Shown: positions 12,914-26,031 of the stretch, in pieces | Layout of the letters: the number at the start of each line of letters is the position of its first letter | Numbering within the stretch: position 1 is the first letter of the stretch | Source: Microthyrium microscopicum | Taxonomy: Eukaryota | DNA length: 64,000 nt | Direction: 5' to 3' | Assembly: GCA_010405405.1 (NCBI GenBank) | Contig: MU004239.1 | Coordinates: forward strand, 682,001-746,000 | Translations under genes and position numbers: made by a program | The notes under the pieces: model-generated | Database searches by the model: none | Told to the model about the DNA's origin: nothing | The model's input: the letters and a program-made list of their open reading frames with translations, nothing else

Positions 12914-14386
12914 TCACATTCCAACAACAGCCTTGCTTCTCCGTACAAGCTCGCTCGCCATAGCCTTTCTCGTGACCGCAGTTCTCGCACAAGCGTCCTG
13001 ATTCTCCAAAGCCCGTCGATAGAGAAACCCAAGACACTCGCTAACAGTCCCCCAAGTGGCGCACTTGACAGGTTTGAGCACTTCAACACCACCACTGGTC
13101 GACTTTCCCTCCGCCATCTTCGCCTGACTAGCAGCCACCAGCGAGCAAGAAATCTCATCCGCCATGCCCTGCAGCTGCGCAAAAGCACACTCAATCAGTG
13201 GCTCTCCCTTCTCCGCCTGCTCGTCGCGAATCGCCCGTGCCTTCTTCACCGAATCCAAGTTATGTGAAGCCAACACCACTGCAACAGGCGGGAATTCGTT
13301 GTTCTTCTGGTCCGCCGGCTTCAACACATCATTCCACATTCTCTTGAGTACCGCCTCCATAACCCCATCATAAACCCCATGCGTCTCCTCCAACGTCTTT
13401 GTGACCCGGTCCCGTGGTTCACTCCACAAATATGCCCCCCGAACCAACTTCACACCCGCCACAAACCCCTCCTTCCTCGCAATATCCAAGTCCCGTGCCA
13501 CATTTCCCGGCGTGCTCTTGAGATAGCACTGATATGTCGTATACATGACCGGTCGTGTCTTATTATATTTCCTCTGCAAATCAATCGTCCACCGATCGAT
13601 CCCCACATTCGTAACCTCCAACTCCGCACCAGGCAGTAATGCCGCGCCCCTCTCGACGGCACGATCACAAACTTCCTCAATTGCCGTCCTCATCTCTGTA
13701 CTCGGAGGTTCTCCAGCGTCGAGAAGAGCGAGGGCCTCGCGGCCCATACCGCTCCACTTCAACGCCACAAAATCACCTTCATTGGCAAGATCGACAGTCT
13801 CCAACATACCCTTTCGCCATACCCTTAACTCTTCCGCCGGAGTTGCCGTGGCATGTTCACCCTTGAGTAATTCCAGCGCATATTCCAAAATGACACCACG
13901 ATAGCCCGCATTATTCACCCTCGTAGCAGTTCGTTGGACTTCAGCTTTATTTTCGCCAGCGCAAAACTGTGCGTAGAAAGTATGTTTGAAAGCGAATTTC
14001 AGCAGCGGATTGCGGTCCGGACTTAGAAAGCGCGCTTTCGGGTCACACATGCGTGAGAGAATGGCGAAGGAGGCGCGGAGGAGAGAGGGTGTGGATGTGG
14101 CGCGCGTGATGAGATATGAGCGGAGGATTTGGGATGTTGGGAGGATGGAGAGTGGTGGTAGAGCTTTTGACTTGGTGGTTGCTTTGGCGGCGGCGGCGGC
14201 TTGAGAGAGGAGGGGTGGCATCGTTATATCGCTGGGCGAGACTGTGCCGTTCGGAGGGATCTGGATGGAAGAGTGGTTTGAGGGCGTGGTGTGGACATGA
14301 CGATAGAGGAGTGTTGTATGACAGAAAATTCGTTTGGAGCGGAGTGGTATGGCGTTTGATTTCACTGCTGTCATTGACAGTGCCAT
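12914..14386 (-). CDS. PUT1: Proline dehydrogenase (proline oxidase), mitochondrial
   Basis: 490-aa ORF with TFYAQFCAGEN, GVILEYALE, YTTYQCYLK, GVKLVRGAY, ASHN, FAQLQGMADEIS and FLYRRALEN. The Arg/Ser-rich N-terminus is consistent with mitochondrial targeting. Confidence 0.93.
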   Translation of the reverse strand: MALSMTAVKSNAIPLRSKRIFCHTTLLYRHVHTTPSNHSSIQIPPNGTVSPSDITMPPLLSQAAAAAKATTKSKALPPLSILPTSQILRSYLITRATSTPSLLRASFAILSRMCDPKARFLSPDRNPLLKFAFKHTFYAQFCAGENKAEVQRTATRVNNAGYRGVILEYALELLKGEHATATPAEELRVWRKGMLETVDLANEGDFVALKWSGMGREALALLDAGEPPSTEMRTAIEEVCDRAVERGAALLPGAELEVTNVGIDRWTIDLQRKYNKTRPVMYTTYQCYLKSTPGNVARDLDIARKEGFVAGVKLVRGAYLWSEPRDRVTKTLEETHGVYDGVMEAVLKRMWNDVLKPADQKNNEFPPVAVVLASHNLDSVKKARAIRDEQAEKGEPLIECAFAQLQGMADEISCSLVAASQAKMAEGKSTSGGVEVLKPVKCATWGTVSECLGFLYRRALENQDACARTAVTRKAMASELVRRSKAVVGM

Positions 14387-16012
14387 TGCGGGGCCGCTTT
14401 GGGAGTTTGGCGATTGTTGTTATCAAAGAAAAAGGCAGTGAGGCAGTGACTGAGACAAAGGTTTGTAGCGAACAAAGAGTTATAAAGTACCTGAGTACTT
14501 GTGCTTGTTTTAGACACGGGGATATATAGAGTCTCTTATCTCGGAGCCGCAGGTTAAGCAGCAAGGTTTATGTTATGGAAAGGGCGAATGGGCAGATAAT
14601 GCCCAGTGATATCATGAAAGTCATTCCGGTCTCGGATAGGACTCGCTGAAGTCATAAGGTCTAGTAGTCACGAAGTGTGAACGTTGTGTAGCTGCTAAGC
14701 CACTTATAGGGTCACTTGCCGCTGTTTCCATGTCAAAGTGGGAAAGGTACGATATGGTGTTTGACAAGCAGTGGAAGGGGTGAGGTTGGAGAGCATATCG
14801 ATTGAGCCGTATATAGCCGTGCGCTGTATCAAAATGGAAGGTGGGTTGGTGGGCGGCAAACAAATGAATTGCCCCTCTTTAATGATGTAGAGTATAGGAA
14901 GCAAAACTAGCAATTTACTACTGCAGTGTAGTATCCGGAAGAGAGAATAGATCGGCGTAATTTCTCGATATTCAACATGTGTGTTAGACAATAGTTTCAA
15001 TATTATCAATCTGGCATGAATGGTTGAAGTGAGAAGGTATTATGTCAACAAAGGACGCAGAGGAGCTGTCCATTGTTGATAATAAACGCTGTTTAGTTTG
15101 AATTGTTTCTCACTTTAGAACAAGGTCCCATCGAATCAAGAGAGATAAAGTACTGTATGTTGCATGAGCCTATCGTTGGCGCTTTGATAGATGAACATTG
15201 CACTTTATTGGTTTGTATGGGTCTGAGGAACCCCACGTTGAATTTTTCCGAAAAGCTCGAAACCATGAAAGACTCCAAATTAACTTCGAGATAATCCAGA
15301 CTATCATTAGGTATAGATTTGATTAGTGCAAGTAGTATATTTGGAGAACTCCCGCGGTCGGCAATGATATCGTGCGGAAGTACCTGCCAAATTGGGTGAG
15401 CGACGTCCAACGTTCTTGCGACCAATCTGCATAATCCCTACATGTCTAGTCTTTATTGAGGTTAGATGCATAACGCTAGTATCAATCCACGTTGAACTAG
15501 CCGCGCACTAAAGTAGTACCCCTCATTAAAGCAAGAGATACCTTAACCGCCAGGTGTCGAGGCTCCTAGATTTTATGCTTGAGCTACATATGTAATTGCT
15601 CCTGCTGGCTCTGCTGCTGAAGATTTGCGGACCAGCCTTTGCTAGACTGCTAACAGGTAGGAGCCAAAGTTGTCACGAGAGTCGCAAGCAATCTGTCTCT
15701 GTGCCGCCAACTGGAAAATGGTGCCATAGTCTTGGTTTCCATCTTCAGATCCTCTATCTTCAAAATCCTTTTAGGCCTCTCCACTTTCTTGGGCAGTACT
15801 CAGTATTACTCACAATCACAGGCTACAGCTAGCTCCGTGTCACAACTTCTACCCTTTCCTTTATTGCTGCGAACTCGCCCCTCTTCCTCCGTACTTCGCT
15901 ACCACAAGCTGCTCTCTATTTCTTCTGTCCCTCACATCCCAATCATTCTCCCCGAAACCGGAGCTCAATGGCCAATCTGCCACAAAGCTATTAGACTCAG
16001 TGCTATCAGACA

Positions 16013-18355
16013 ATGGATTTCAAACATGATACCTTACTGCCCGACCTTGACCCTCTTGATCAGCTCTCGCCGTGAGTCTATGCCCCCGAAGCTCGTGCTT
16101 GCTGCTTTTACTGCCTGTCCTTTCCCCGCATCCCAGCTATCGACTAACCACAAACCTTTTATAAGAACCCAAAGTGTCACTCCCGCCAAACTTTCGCGCA
16201 AAAGAAAGCATTCAACATATACAGAACATAACAGTGATGACGACCAACATCATGATCACGATGGTTTCGGTCCAAGTCGAAGACAACGTCCTCCCGGAGC
16301 CAAGCGAGCATGCAATCAATGTCGACAGCAAAAGGTAGATCATTCCCTTTGCTCTCCTTTAATTCTTCATGGCTAACACCATAACTAGCTGAAATGTAAT
16401 GTCAGCGAAGACCCATGGCGAGATTGCGATCGTTGTACCAAACACAGCCTGCGATGTGAAATAACTGCCGACTTCAAGCGCATTGGCAAACGATCCCAAC
16501 AAGCCGAACTCGAAAAGACAAATCGGCTCCTTGCAGATCAAGTTCAGCAACTCAGTCGGGAACTTGCAGTTTATCGAAGTCGAGGTGCAGAATTCGAATT
16601 ATACAAGGACTATTCTCATCGTGCCCCAATCGAGCATGATCCCGCTTTGACTTCTGGACCTCAGAGCATGGCTCAGGCAGACGAATCTCATGATGCAGCT
16701 TTACTTTTGAACCTCAAACAAGGCCACGATATTTCTGGTCCTGTTGGTCGAGCCGGCCCTGCCATTCCACAGCGAAAGCTTGGAGAGGTCTACTTGCACC
16801 CAGAAACAATTCAACAACTTTGGGACGAGTATTACAACAATTATCATATTTTTCTCCCAGTGTTAGACCCGGAAGTGGATACACCGGACCTTATTTTTGA
16901 TCATAGCGAATTTCTATTCTGGACTGTTATTTTTATTGCATCAAGACATTTTCAACAGGACGCAACCCTTCTTCTTCGACTTCTTCCCGCTTACAAGGAT
17001 ATGATCAATGAAACGATATCAAGACCGCCGACAAACCATTTCATCGTGAAAGCTTTATGTTTGACTTGTTACTGGCCACCACCTGTTAGCAGCACTACAG
17101 CAGATATGACTTTCACTTGGTCAGGCACAATGATGAAGTTTGCAATGCAATTGGGACTTCATCGTCCATCACATGCCATGGATTTCTCTCGTACTCGAGT
17201 TCAACTTCGAGAAGAGGATATTCATGATCGCCTAAAGACATGGGCTATTTGCAATCTGGTGGCACAGAACATTTCAACAGGCTATGGTCAACCACCAGAA
17301 ACGGTTTACGACTCTACCTTGACAGCAATCCAACCAAACGGGAAATACGCTCATCTCCATACCCGTCTGGAAATTGAGAAATTGGCTAATAAAATTGCCA
17401 TGGAAATATATAGTACGAAACAGCAAGGTCTCGCCGGGATGGAAGAGAACCATATTAATATTCGCGCCAACATCATTGCTCAAGAACTTGCCAACATCAA
17501 CGACATAATTAATCGTAAGTTTGGTCCACTTTTCAAGAACACAGCTAACCTTTGATAGCCATAACTCATCTTTACACAGCGGCAGTCAATGTCCATCTTC
17601 GCCTGTTTGTATTCTTTGACGATCCAGCTTCACCACCATATCAACTTAACCTCAATGAATTGTATAACGCAGCATCCGAATTCCTCAAAGCCACATTCAA
17701 CACTGGCGTAAGCCTCCAGCATATGCCAAACTATATCTACCAAATGATGCTCGCAGCAGCAGTAGCCCTCCTCAAACTCCTCCACTCCTTCTTCGCCGAA
17801 TTTGTGGACCGCGAAGGTGGCGAAGATCTCTTCTGGGAAACCATCAAAGCCATACGCGAAATGTCTGTCAAAACCAATGACCTCCCGCAGCGTCTCGCCG
17901 AGGTCTTCGCCCAGATGTGGCAAGTTGATACCGAGCGACTCGAGTCCGAAGTCGCATCTAACGGCACCAAATCCTCCGACGTCCCCGGCGCCTCTCTAAC
18001 GCTCAAACGTCGCAACCGCATGAGCATGTCTCTAGTCTTTGACAGCATTTGGCGCTGGAAAGACGAAATTGACGGCAAACTGCGTGCCGAGAAGCTTGAA
18101 ACGGCAGTGCAAAACCCAACGAGTCCGCAGGCCAGCCAGCATAGGCACAGCTTTTCTAATGGAAGGAGGCCAAGCAATATGATGGATGAGAATACCACTT
18201 TGCCAGGTATGACGAGCTTTGGGGGCTTTGGGGGATTGACTCTGGGAGGAACGAATGATTTGGCGTATGCTAATTCTTATGAATTCTTTGATCCGGTGGG
18301 CTGGTATTTGGATGGCTTGTTTGAGTCATCGGGAATGGGATATGGGACAGCATAG
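16013..18355 (+). CDS. Zn(II)2Cys6 transcription factor, Leu3/Sef1 (LeuB-like) family
   Basis: Spliced KRACNQCRQQK|LKCNVSEDPWRDCDRCTKHSLRCEITADFKRIGKR. It also has a fungal TF middle homology region (AMQLGLHRP...TWAICN) and an RMSMSLVFDSIWRW motif. ATG 16013 is inferred from a GT-AG intron at ~16071-16145. Confidence 0.88.
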
Positions 18356-18922
18356 TATTCCGGGTGGGGTTGACGCTTATGGGAGGGTTCATTGTTAATA
18401 CTTTAGGGATAGGTGCATGGCTAGGCAGGATTTGATACCCAGAATATAATAACTATTTTTAAATGGAGGTTTGTATGTTTGACTATTATAAACCTTCCAT
18501 TATCAAAGCCTAACGGGCACCTCGTGTACAATACAGTCTTGAACAAGGTTGGCGGCGTTCAAATGTTGAAGTGAAGTCAAGGCAAGGCTGAGGCGGGATA
18601 TGATTGGCTGAGTGTGCCAAGACACGCGATGCGAACTGGGCAGGTGCGACTTGGTCAAAAGTATGGGCACCTTCACTGCTTCTTTCCACTTTTACAACTC
18701 CCATCAGCTTTAATCCAACCTCCCCTTGAGATCCTCAGCCCTCATCTTCTCTTCACCCTTCGCTCCATCTCAAAGTCTTCCCGGATGCCCTCCTCCTAAC
18801 CACATAGCCAACCGGTTCGAACCCCCCTTCTCCTCGACCCTACGCTCTCAATTTGGCATCCTCAATACCTCGCCAACTGCCTTTCATCGCCTGCCAGCTC
18901 GCCTTCTCCTCAAACCTTCATC

Positions 18923-21900
18923 ATGGCGCCAGCACCGCTGCGAAATGGCTCAGTAAATGGCATCGCCGCCTATTCACACACCCTCCGCTTCAGCCATGTT
19001 CCCCCATCCATCGATATTCCCGTCGAGGGAGGTGAAGATCAAGAAGCCGTCGAGCTTGACCTCACTGAACTTGAGAGCGATCCCACAGAAATGTGTACGC
19101 TTCTCGAGAACGAAAATGTCGCCAAGAACTATTGGATGACTATTGCGCTTGCGTATGCGAAACAAGGGGACGTGGATCGTGCGATTGAGATTTTGAACAA
19201 GGGTTTGATAGCGCGACGGAACGCGAATATGTATACTGGCGGAGACGATAGGTTGGGGTTCTTGAATGCGCTTTGCTGGATGTGGTTGTTCAAGGTTAGG
19301 GAGGCGCCGAGATTGGTTCCTGGTGAGTACTTTGAGCAGGCGAATGAGTGATGGAATGAGGACAGAACGCTGACTGTGTGTAGAAGGATCCAGTTCGGGC
19401 GTCCATACGAAAGAGTACTATATCAATCAGGCGACATCGACACTCAACGAAGCATCGCGAGTATCACCTTCATATCCTCCTCTATTCCTTGCGCGAGGCG
19501 TACTTTCTCTCCTCCGCGCATCGACACTCGTATCATCAAAACCTACAACCGGCGCAAAGAACGACATGTCTGAACGAACAGAAGCTCTTCGACAGGCGCA
19601 AAAGTGCTTTCAAGATGCTATGCGACTTTCAGATGGCAAAAATATCATGGCAATGATGGGAACAGCTCGAGTCTTCTTCTCTATGGGTCGATTTGTAGAT
19701 GCGCTCTCCACATATCAACGTATACTCGAGCGCGCGCCACAACTTTCTGACCCAGATCCTCGTATAGGTATCGGATGCTGTTTATGGCAGCTTGGACATC
19801 GGGATGATGCAAAGAATGCTTGGGAGCGCGCCCTTCAAGTCAATGCGAATTCGAAACAGGCCAACACTCTACTTGGTATCTATTACCTCCAGTTGAGCTC
19901 GAAATTCCCAACATCCGACCCCGCTTTTGCGTCAAACTACAAAATGGCCATGCAACAATATACTCAGAAGGCGTATAAATTGGACCAAAAGCTGCCTCTA
20001 GCTTGTGCAACGTTTGGTAGTTATTTCCTTACGCGCCAGACGCTGCATACGGTGGAGAAGTTGGCGCGCGCGGCCATCGAGTATACTGATGTCAATGCCA
20101 TTGCATCAGATGGATGGTATCTACTTGCACGCAAGGAACATCAACAGGGCAACTTGAAGAAAGCAAAAGAATACTACACCAAAGCTGATCAAGCGCGCGC
20201 TGGAAACGACAAGGAAAAGGGCTATCTTCCGGCCCGATTTGGTGTGGCTCAGATCGATGTCATTGAGGAAAAGCTTAGTCAAGTCAAGTACGATCTTGAC
20301 AAGATGGCACAAACAAACAAGAGCGTGGAAGTCCTTACTTTACTTGGAACTTTGTATGCTGAGCAAGTGTTCTCTGAGAAGCTTACTGCGAGTAACAAAG
20401 ACGATATTGCACAATGGCGCAAGAAGGCTATCACTCTACTTGAGAGTGTACGGAATCAGTGGAAAGACAAGAAGGATTCCAAGAGCCAATCTTCGGCGGA
20501 TGCTAGTGTTTTGATCAACCTTGCTCGACTGTACGAGTTGGACCATCCAGAAAAGAGCTTGCAAGCACTAAAGCAGGTGGAGCAGATTGAGATTGATGCG
20601 ATTCCTGAAGAAGAGTACCCGGAAGGACTCGAAGGCGATGCGCAAACATTGGCGTTGCAAGAGATGATTCCTCCACCGCTACTCAACAATGAGGGTTGTT
20701 TCCATTTTCAGGCTGAAAAGTACCAAGAAGCTCGCCATTATTTCCAGACCGCACTCACAGCGTGTGTCAAAGTCGGGACCAAAGATGATGACGATGAACC
20801 AGTCGATACTGATGCATTTGTCACTACCATAAGCTACAACCTTGGTCGAACTTATGAAGCTGAAGGAAATCTGGAAAAGGCTCAAGAAGTCTATGAAGGA
20901 CTCTTGTCGCGGCATCCCAACTATGTCGATGCGCAAGTTCGGCTGGCTTTCATCTCATATCAACTGGATCCCGAGGCTGGCGCAAAAGAGATGCAGGCTT
21001 TGTTCGAAAGCGAAGGTGATAACCTTAATGTTCGTGTCATTTATGGTTGGTTCCTCAATCGTACGAAGAAGCGGACTGCAGACTTTGCTGCTGATGCTGA
21101 ACAACGTCTCAACAAACATACACTCCTCAATTTCGACCGAACGGATCCATATCTTCTCACATCCATGGGCAATATTTGCCTAAGCATTGCACGAGAGATG
21201 CGCGGCGAAAAAGAAAAAGACCGTCGGGGTAAGACCTACGACAAGGCGTTCGAATTCTTTGACTTCGCCCTCAAAGCAGACCCATACAACGCATATGCAG
21301 CCCAAGGTTTAGCCATTGTAGTCATCGAGCATCGACGAGATCTTACTGGGGCTCTTCAAATACTCGGCAACGTCCGCGAAACAATGCGCGATGCCACAGT
21401 CTACATGAATCTCGGTCACGTCTTTCACGAACTTCGACAATTCACACGCGCCATAGAATCCTACGAAGCCGCACTCGCCAAAAAAGAACGAGTCTCCGAA
21501 ATCACCATCCTTACCGCCCTTGGCCGCGTCTGGCACACCAAAGGCCGCACCGAAAAGTCCCTCGTCGCCATGAACCAATCGCTCGAATACTCCCGTCGCG
21601 TCCTCGTCCTTGAACCAAACTCACCACATTACCAATTCAATGTCGCGTTCGTGCAATTCCAAATCGCACAAATCATCTGCTCCCTGCCAGCCACCCAACG
21701 TACCCTCGAGGCCGTCGAACTTGCCGCCACAGATCTAGCCTCCGCCATCGATGCGTTTGTCACCGTCGCGAAACATGCCTATCCACCATATCCTCGCTCA
21801 GACCTCGAACAGCGTGCCAACATGGGCCGCACCGTCGCAAAACAACTCGAACGCGCCCTCGACGAACAGCGCAAACACCACGCCGCCTCCCACGACAAAC

Positions 21901-22580
21901 TCGCCGCCGCCAAAGCCCTCCGCGAAGCCGAACTCCAAAAACGCATCGACGCCCAAAAAGCCCGCGAAGCAGAAGCAGAAGCCCGTCGCGCCCGTGTCCT
22001 AGCCGAACGCGCCGAACTGGAAGAGCAAGACCGCAAACTCCGCGAAGAAGCCATCAAACGGCGCGAAGAAGAGCGCGCCAAAGATGAAGAGGCCTGGACA
22101 ACAGATAGCCAAGGCGAACGCAAGAAACGTGCGCGCGTCAAGCGGGCTCCTGCAGAGAAAGGCGGCAAGCGTAGAAGCAAGAAGCGGAATAGCGAGGATG
22201 TCGTGTCCGATGGCCACCTTAGCGAAGGAGAAGGCGGCGCACCGCGAAAGAGCAAGAAACGACGCTTGGAACGTGGGAATAAACGTGCGGAGCCAAAGGG
22301 CAAGTATAAGAGTTCTGATAAGATTATCGACAGTGATGAGGAGGCTGGGCCGGATGAGGAGATGGCAGAAGGCACGGCTGGTGAGGGCACGGGTGGGGAG
22401 AGCAGTGCTGTTGCCACGCCTGCAGGTGCAGGAGATAGTGATGCGGATGAAGGAGTAGTTGTGCAGCCTAAGCAGCGTGGGAAGCGGAATGTTGTTGAAG
22501 ACGACGATGATGATGAGGATGAAGATGAAGGGGCGGAGAATGGCGATGGAGATGTTCAGATGGCTGAGAATAGCGAGTAG
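18923..22580 (+). CDS. CTR9: RNA polymerase II-associated PAF1 complex subunit Ctr9 (TPR protein)
   Basis: N-terminal SIDIP...VELDL...LLENENV...YW..IALAY, then DPDPRIGIGCC, TPR repeats, YAAQGLAI and a charged/acidic C-terminus. One intron at ~19323-19383. Confidence 0.95.
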
Positions 22581-23150
22581 GACCCGTTTCGAGGCTCGTA
22601 TCACGATATGGGTTGGCGGGACGGTAAAGATATGTGACTCGTTATGTCATTCATTGGTCTGAATGGGTCGATAAGTTGAAGTCTGAAGACGCGGCATTGC
22701 GTGGAGTTTTGCTGTATTGTAATAGATATCATAATGGTCATAATGTATTGATCTGATGTGTTCCTCAATGAGCAGTTTAACTTGTGTTTCTACGAGAGGT
22801 GATGTCAATTCTGTTTATTTTTCAACCGATACACGAGTACACTTCAACTCCCCCTTTCATACCCTAATGATAAGCCCAAAGAGAATGAGACGAAAAAACA
22901 AGGGAAAAATCATACAAAAGACAAGCAATAACAAGCCTGCATTGGTTTCAAATCATTGCCAGCAGGCCCAGCGCACAACAGTTCAACGCGCATCCAGACC
23001 CTCAAGGAATCCAGAAAAATTCCTTGTTCTAACGCGCCCAAACATCTATCTCCTTTGCCCCAAACCCATCGATGCAACTACGGATGTTTTCGGCACAGGA
23101 CAGTTCCTTCGACGCTTCTTTGCACCATGCGAAGGAAGTTTGCGATACAC

Positions 23151-23857
23151 CTAAGCCTCGATAGCCTTCTTGCCCTTCTTCTGCTCGACCTTGAGAAGTA
23201 GTGCGCGATTGATATGTGGCAACACACCACCGTGGGCGATGGTTGCGCGAATCAAGGTATCGAGCTCTTCGTCACCGCGAATGGCGAGCTGTAGATGGCG
23301 GGGCGTGATACGCTTGACCTTGAGATCCTTCGCAGCGTTGCCAGCGAGTTCGAGAACTTCGGCAGTGAGATATTCGAGGACGGCAGTGAGGTAGATGGCT
23401 GCTTTGGCGCCAATACGGGTCTTTTGGCGCGTCATGTTGCGCAAGTGGCGCTTGACACGACCGCATGGGAACTATGGAGATATATGGTTAGTTTGGATGA
23501 TCGAATAGAGACGAAGAGAGTAGAGTGAGAGTGGTTTGAGTAATGCGCTGGGTGGAAATGCGCATCTGGTACTGGATAAGGGAATTGCCTAGTGTTGTGG
23601 TTGAACGCGGATAGCTCATCCAGCCACCCAAAAGGCCATCTCCATGATGGCGATAAGTCGAATAATAACATACCTGAAGTCCAGCGCGCGCAGAGTGCGA
23701 CTTGATGGGTTTGCCGGTAACATCGCCAGACTTGCCACCCGTTTTACCGCCAGTCTTTCCTATTGAGACGAAGTCGAGTCAGCGATTCTGGAGACCATAA
23801 CAAAGCAGCGCATGCGCGTCTTGCGACAAAAAAACACGTACCTTTTCCGCCAGGCAT
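23151..23857 (-). CDS. HTZ1: Histone H2A.Z (4 exons)
   Basis: [18 protein letters not shown]...[17 protein letters not shown]...[61 protein letters not shown]. Confidence 0.97.
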
Positions 23858-25729
23858 AATTGATGATGGAGATGAGAATTGGAGGATGGATTTTGGGTTG
23901 TGGTGTGGTTGAAACGCGAGATTGTTGGCTTGTTATGAAGTTGATGGAAGTGGTGGAGGAAGCAGTGGGAGAAAGTGGTGGTTGAAAAAGCGACTTGGGA
24001 ATACGTAGAGTTGGGGCTCAGGCAGCAAGAGCGAATCAGAGCTCGGCAGGGAGTCTGGGTGCCTTTTCCTTGGTGCTGCCTGCCCATTGACCAAGCAAAA
24101 TAGACCCTTGAACTTTTGTCCTACACAGCACGAGCCTCGTCAAATCCCTTGAAAGGGTTTTCAATGATGGTTTCTGTACTTGTATGATAATCGCAGTCTA
24201 GTAGCGATCATGAAAGCTTCGAGGTCTGAAGTGTTGGAGCTGCTGTGTATGATAGGTAGTCTGCCAAAGAGCTTTAGCGGGACAGCCTTGTGTATACAGG
24301 CCAGGAGAGCCCAACACTCGGCTTACCTGGCATATTGCGACCGGATGGAATTGAATTGCAATATTTTCATGCATTGAGCTTGTTTGACCGATCCATGTTC
24401 TTGTTCAGAAGGAAAACAAGGCGAATTGCATTCAAAATTGAATATTCGCGTGGGTGTAATCTGACAGTACGGATATACCGGTCTGCACCGGTTGAGCTGA
24501 GTAGTCATCTAGAGATCTAACGATATATCAACATAATGATCAAGGCATGGGATCCAAAGGAAACTTACCATCTAGGAGCAAGTATTTGGCGCATAAGATA
24601 TTGTTGAGAGGTACGAGCTGCAGAGTTGCATAGGCTCAAACGGCAATCTCAACTTCACCCTACAGCAACTTTCATCACTGCATCGCCATCAAGGCAACAA
24701 CGTTGGCGCATCTGTAAAAATAATTAGAAATGGTCTCTATGCGTACTACAAGTAGCGCCAACTTCTTTTATGAAGTAAAAATGCTTCTCGGCCTATTGAG
24801 TGCGCCGGTTCTGGCATCTTTTGGCGGTGCGCTGAGAATGGCGAGATGAAGAATTGCACTTACCGTGATTCCAACTTGATGAGACTTTTCATCTATGGGG
24901 CGCCTACCGGTACCTCCGAAGCTTTTCAGCTACTTTCCCAACGTAGCTTTGCTGGCATAAGGAAGTGGTGAAAGTTGGTTTAGGCGAGTTGCTGTTGAGC
25001 TTGAGAGCTGGATTGAGAGTATTGAAGGACCCGTGCGCTAAGGCTTTTCGCACATCTTCGGGCCGAACTGGTCCACACCGGTCCACGCTACGCACGCGCA
25101 TGATCGGATCGTGAATCAGATCCGCGACTGCCAATTTTATACCGAATAATAATATTTCCCAGCAACATTTGAACTACAGGCGAGGATATCCATCAACACT
25201 TCAGCGCCTACTGTTTTGACGCCAAGCTGATTATCTGCGCGAGTATAATCAACCATTCCTCAAGTCCAAGGATTCACCCACTCCCTTGACAACCCCAATA
25301 GGCACCAAAGAACATGCTTCAAGATTGACCGCGTACCCAGACTTTGGTCAGCATCCGACGTCCGTACTGTAGCTACCCCAGAAAGATCAGCAACGCCAGT
25401 GATCTCTCCGATCCAAACATTGCATTAGTTAATCGTCTTACCAACCGCTAAGAGACTACAGATTCGTTCGACGATTGGTGTTGGAATAGCGATTACCTAG
25501 CCAGTAAATACCCCTTTACCATGATGTTTGTATCCCTTGGCCCATACCCGACAACAAGCAGCGGTTCTTTTACGAGACTTTGCGTCACTGCATCCGACAT
25601 TGGTCACTTGAGCTGCATTTCTCCGCACCTATGAAACATCGTTATTTCCAACAACTCTTGTCATCAAACTGATATCAACAAGCATCAAAGTCATTTGCTA
25701 GCGTATACTGAACTCATCCTGCAAACACA

Positions 25730-26031
25730 ATGTGTCATCAGCCCATTAGATCCTACTCATGCGGCCACTCGGAGGCCTTGAAGACTGCCTACTGCCCGCT
25801 TTCACTCAGTAATGGCGGACTTCCATGCGATCAAATAGATCTACTACCAAGGCAAGTTTATTCCTTTCTGTCACCCTTGCGACGCGCATTCTGATGTTCT
25901 TGCATAAATCACCTTTCATCAACCTAAATTTCATCTGGCGTTCCGATCTAACAATTGGTAGAACTTCATCAGATCTCTGCCCAAACTGTGAAGCTGAAAA
26001 GCCACAAGAAATGGACACCAGCGCAGGTTGA
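25730..26031 (+). CDS. Small Cys/His-rich protein (~63 aa, MC...CGH...C...C...CPxC), with a GC-AG intron
   Basis: Exon 1 25730-25851 (MCHQPIRSYSCGHSEALKTAYCPLSLSNGGLPCDQIDLLP). Intron 25852-25961 has a GCAAGT donor, CTAAC branch and TAG acceptor. Exon 2 reads in frame as RTSSDLCPNCEAEKPQEMDTSAG*. Confidence 0.7.

Noticed and set aside
12914..18355. Proline utilisation (prn-like) cluster: PUT1 divergent from a Zn2Cys6 factor
   Set aside because: The factor's zinc cluster and C-terminal motifs resemble Leu3/Sef1 rather than Put3/PrnA. No P5C dehydrogenase is present, and the amino acid permease is ~38 kb away.
21779..22604. Long antisense ORFs over CTR9 (and similar ones over PUT1, MTC1 and the P450)
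   Set aside because: Shadow ORFs arising from GC-rich codon bias of the real genes.
23473..23671. Intronic snoRNA in the long H2A.Z intron
   Set aside because: Short hairpins are present, but no clear C/D or H/ACA box arrangement is visible.
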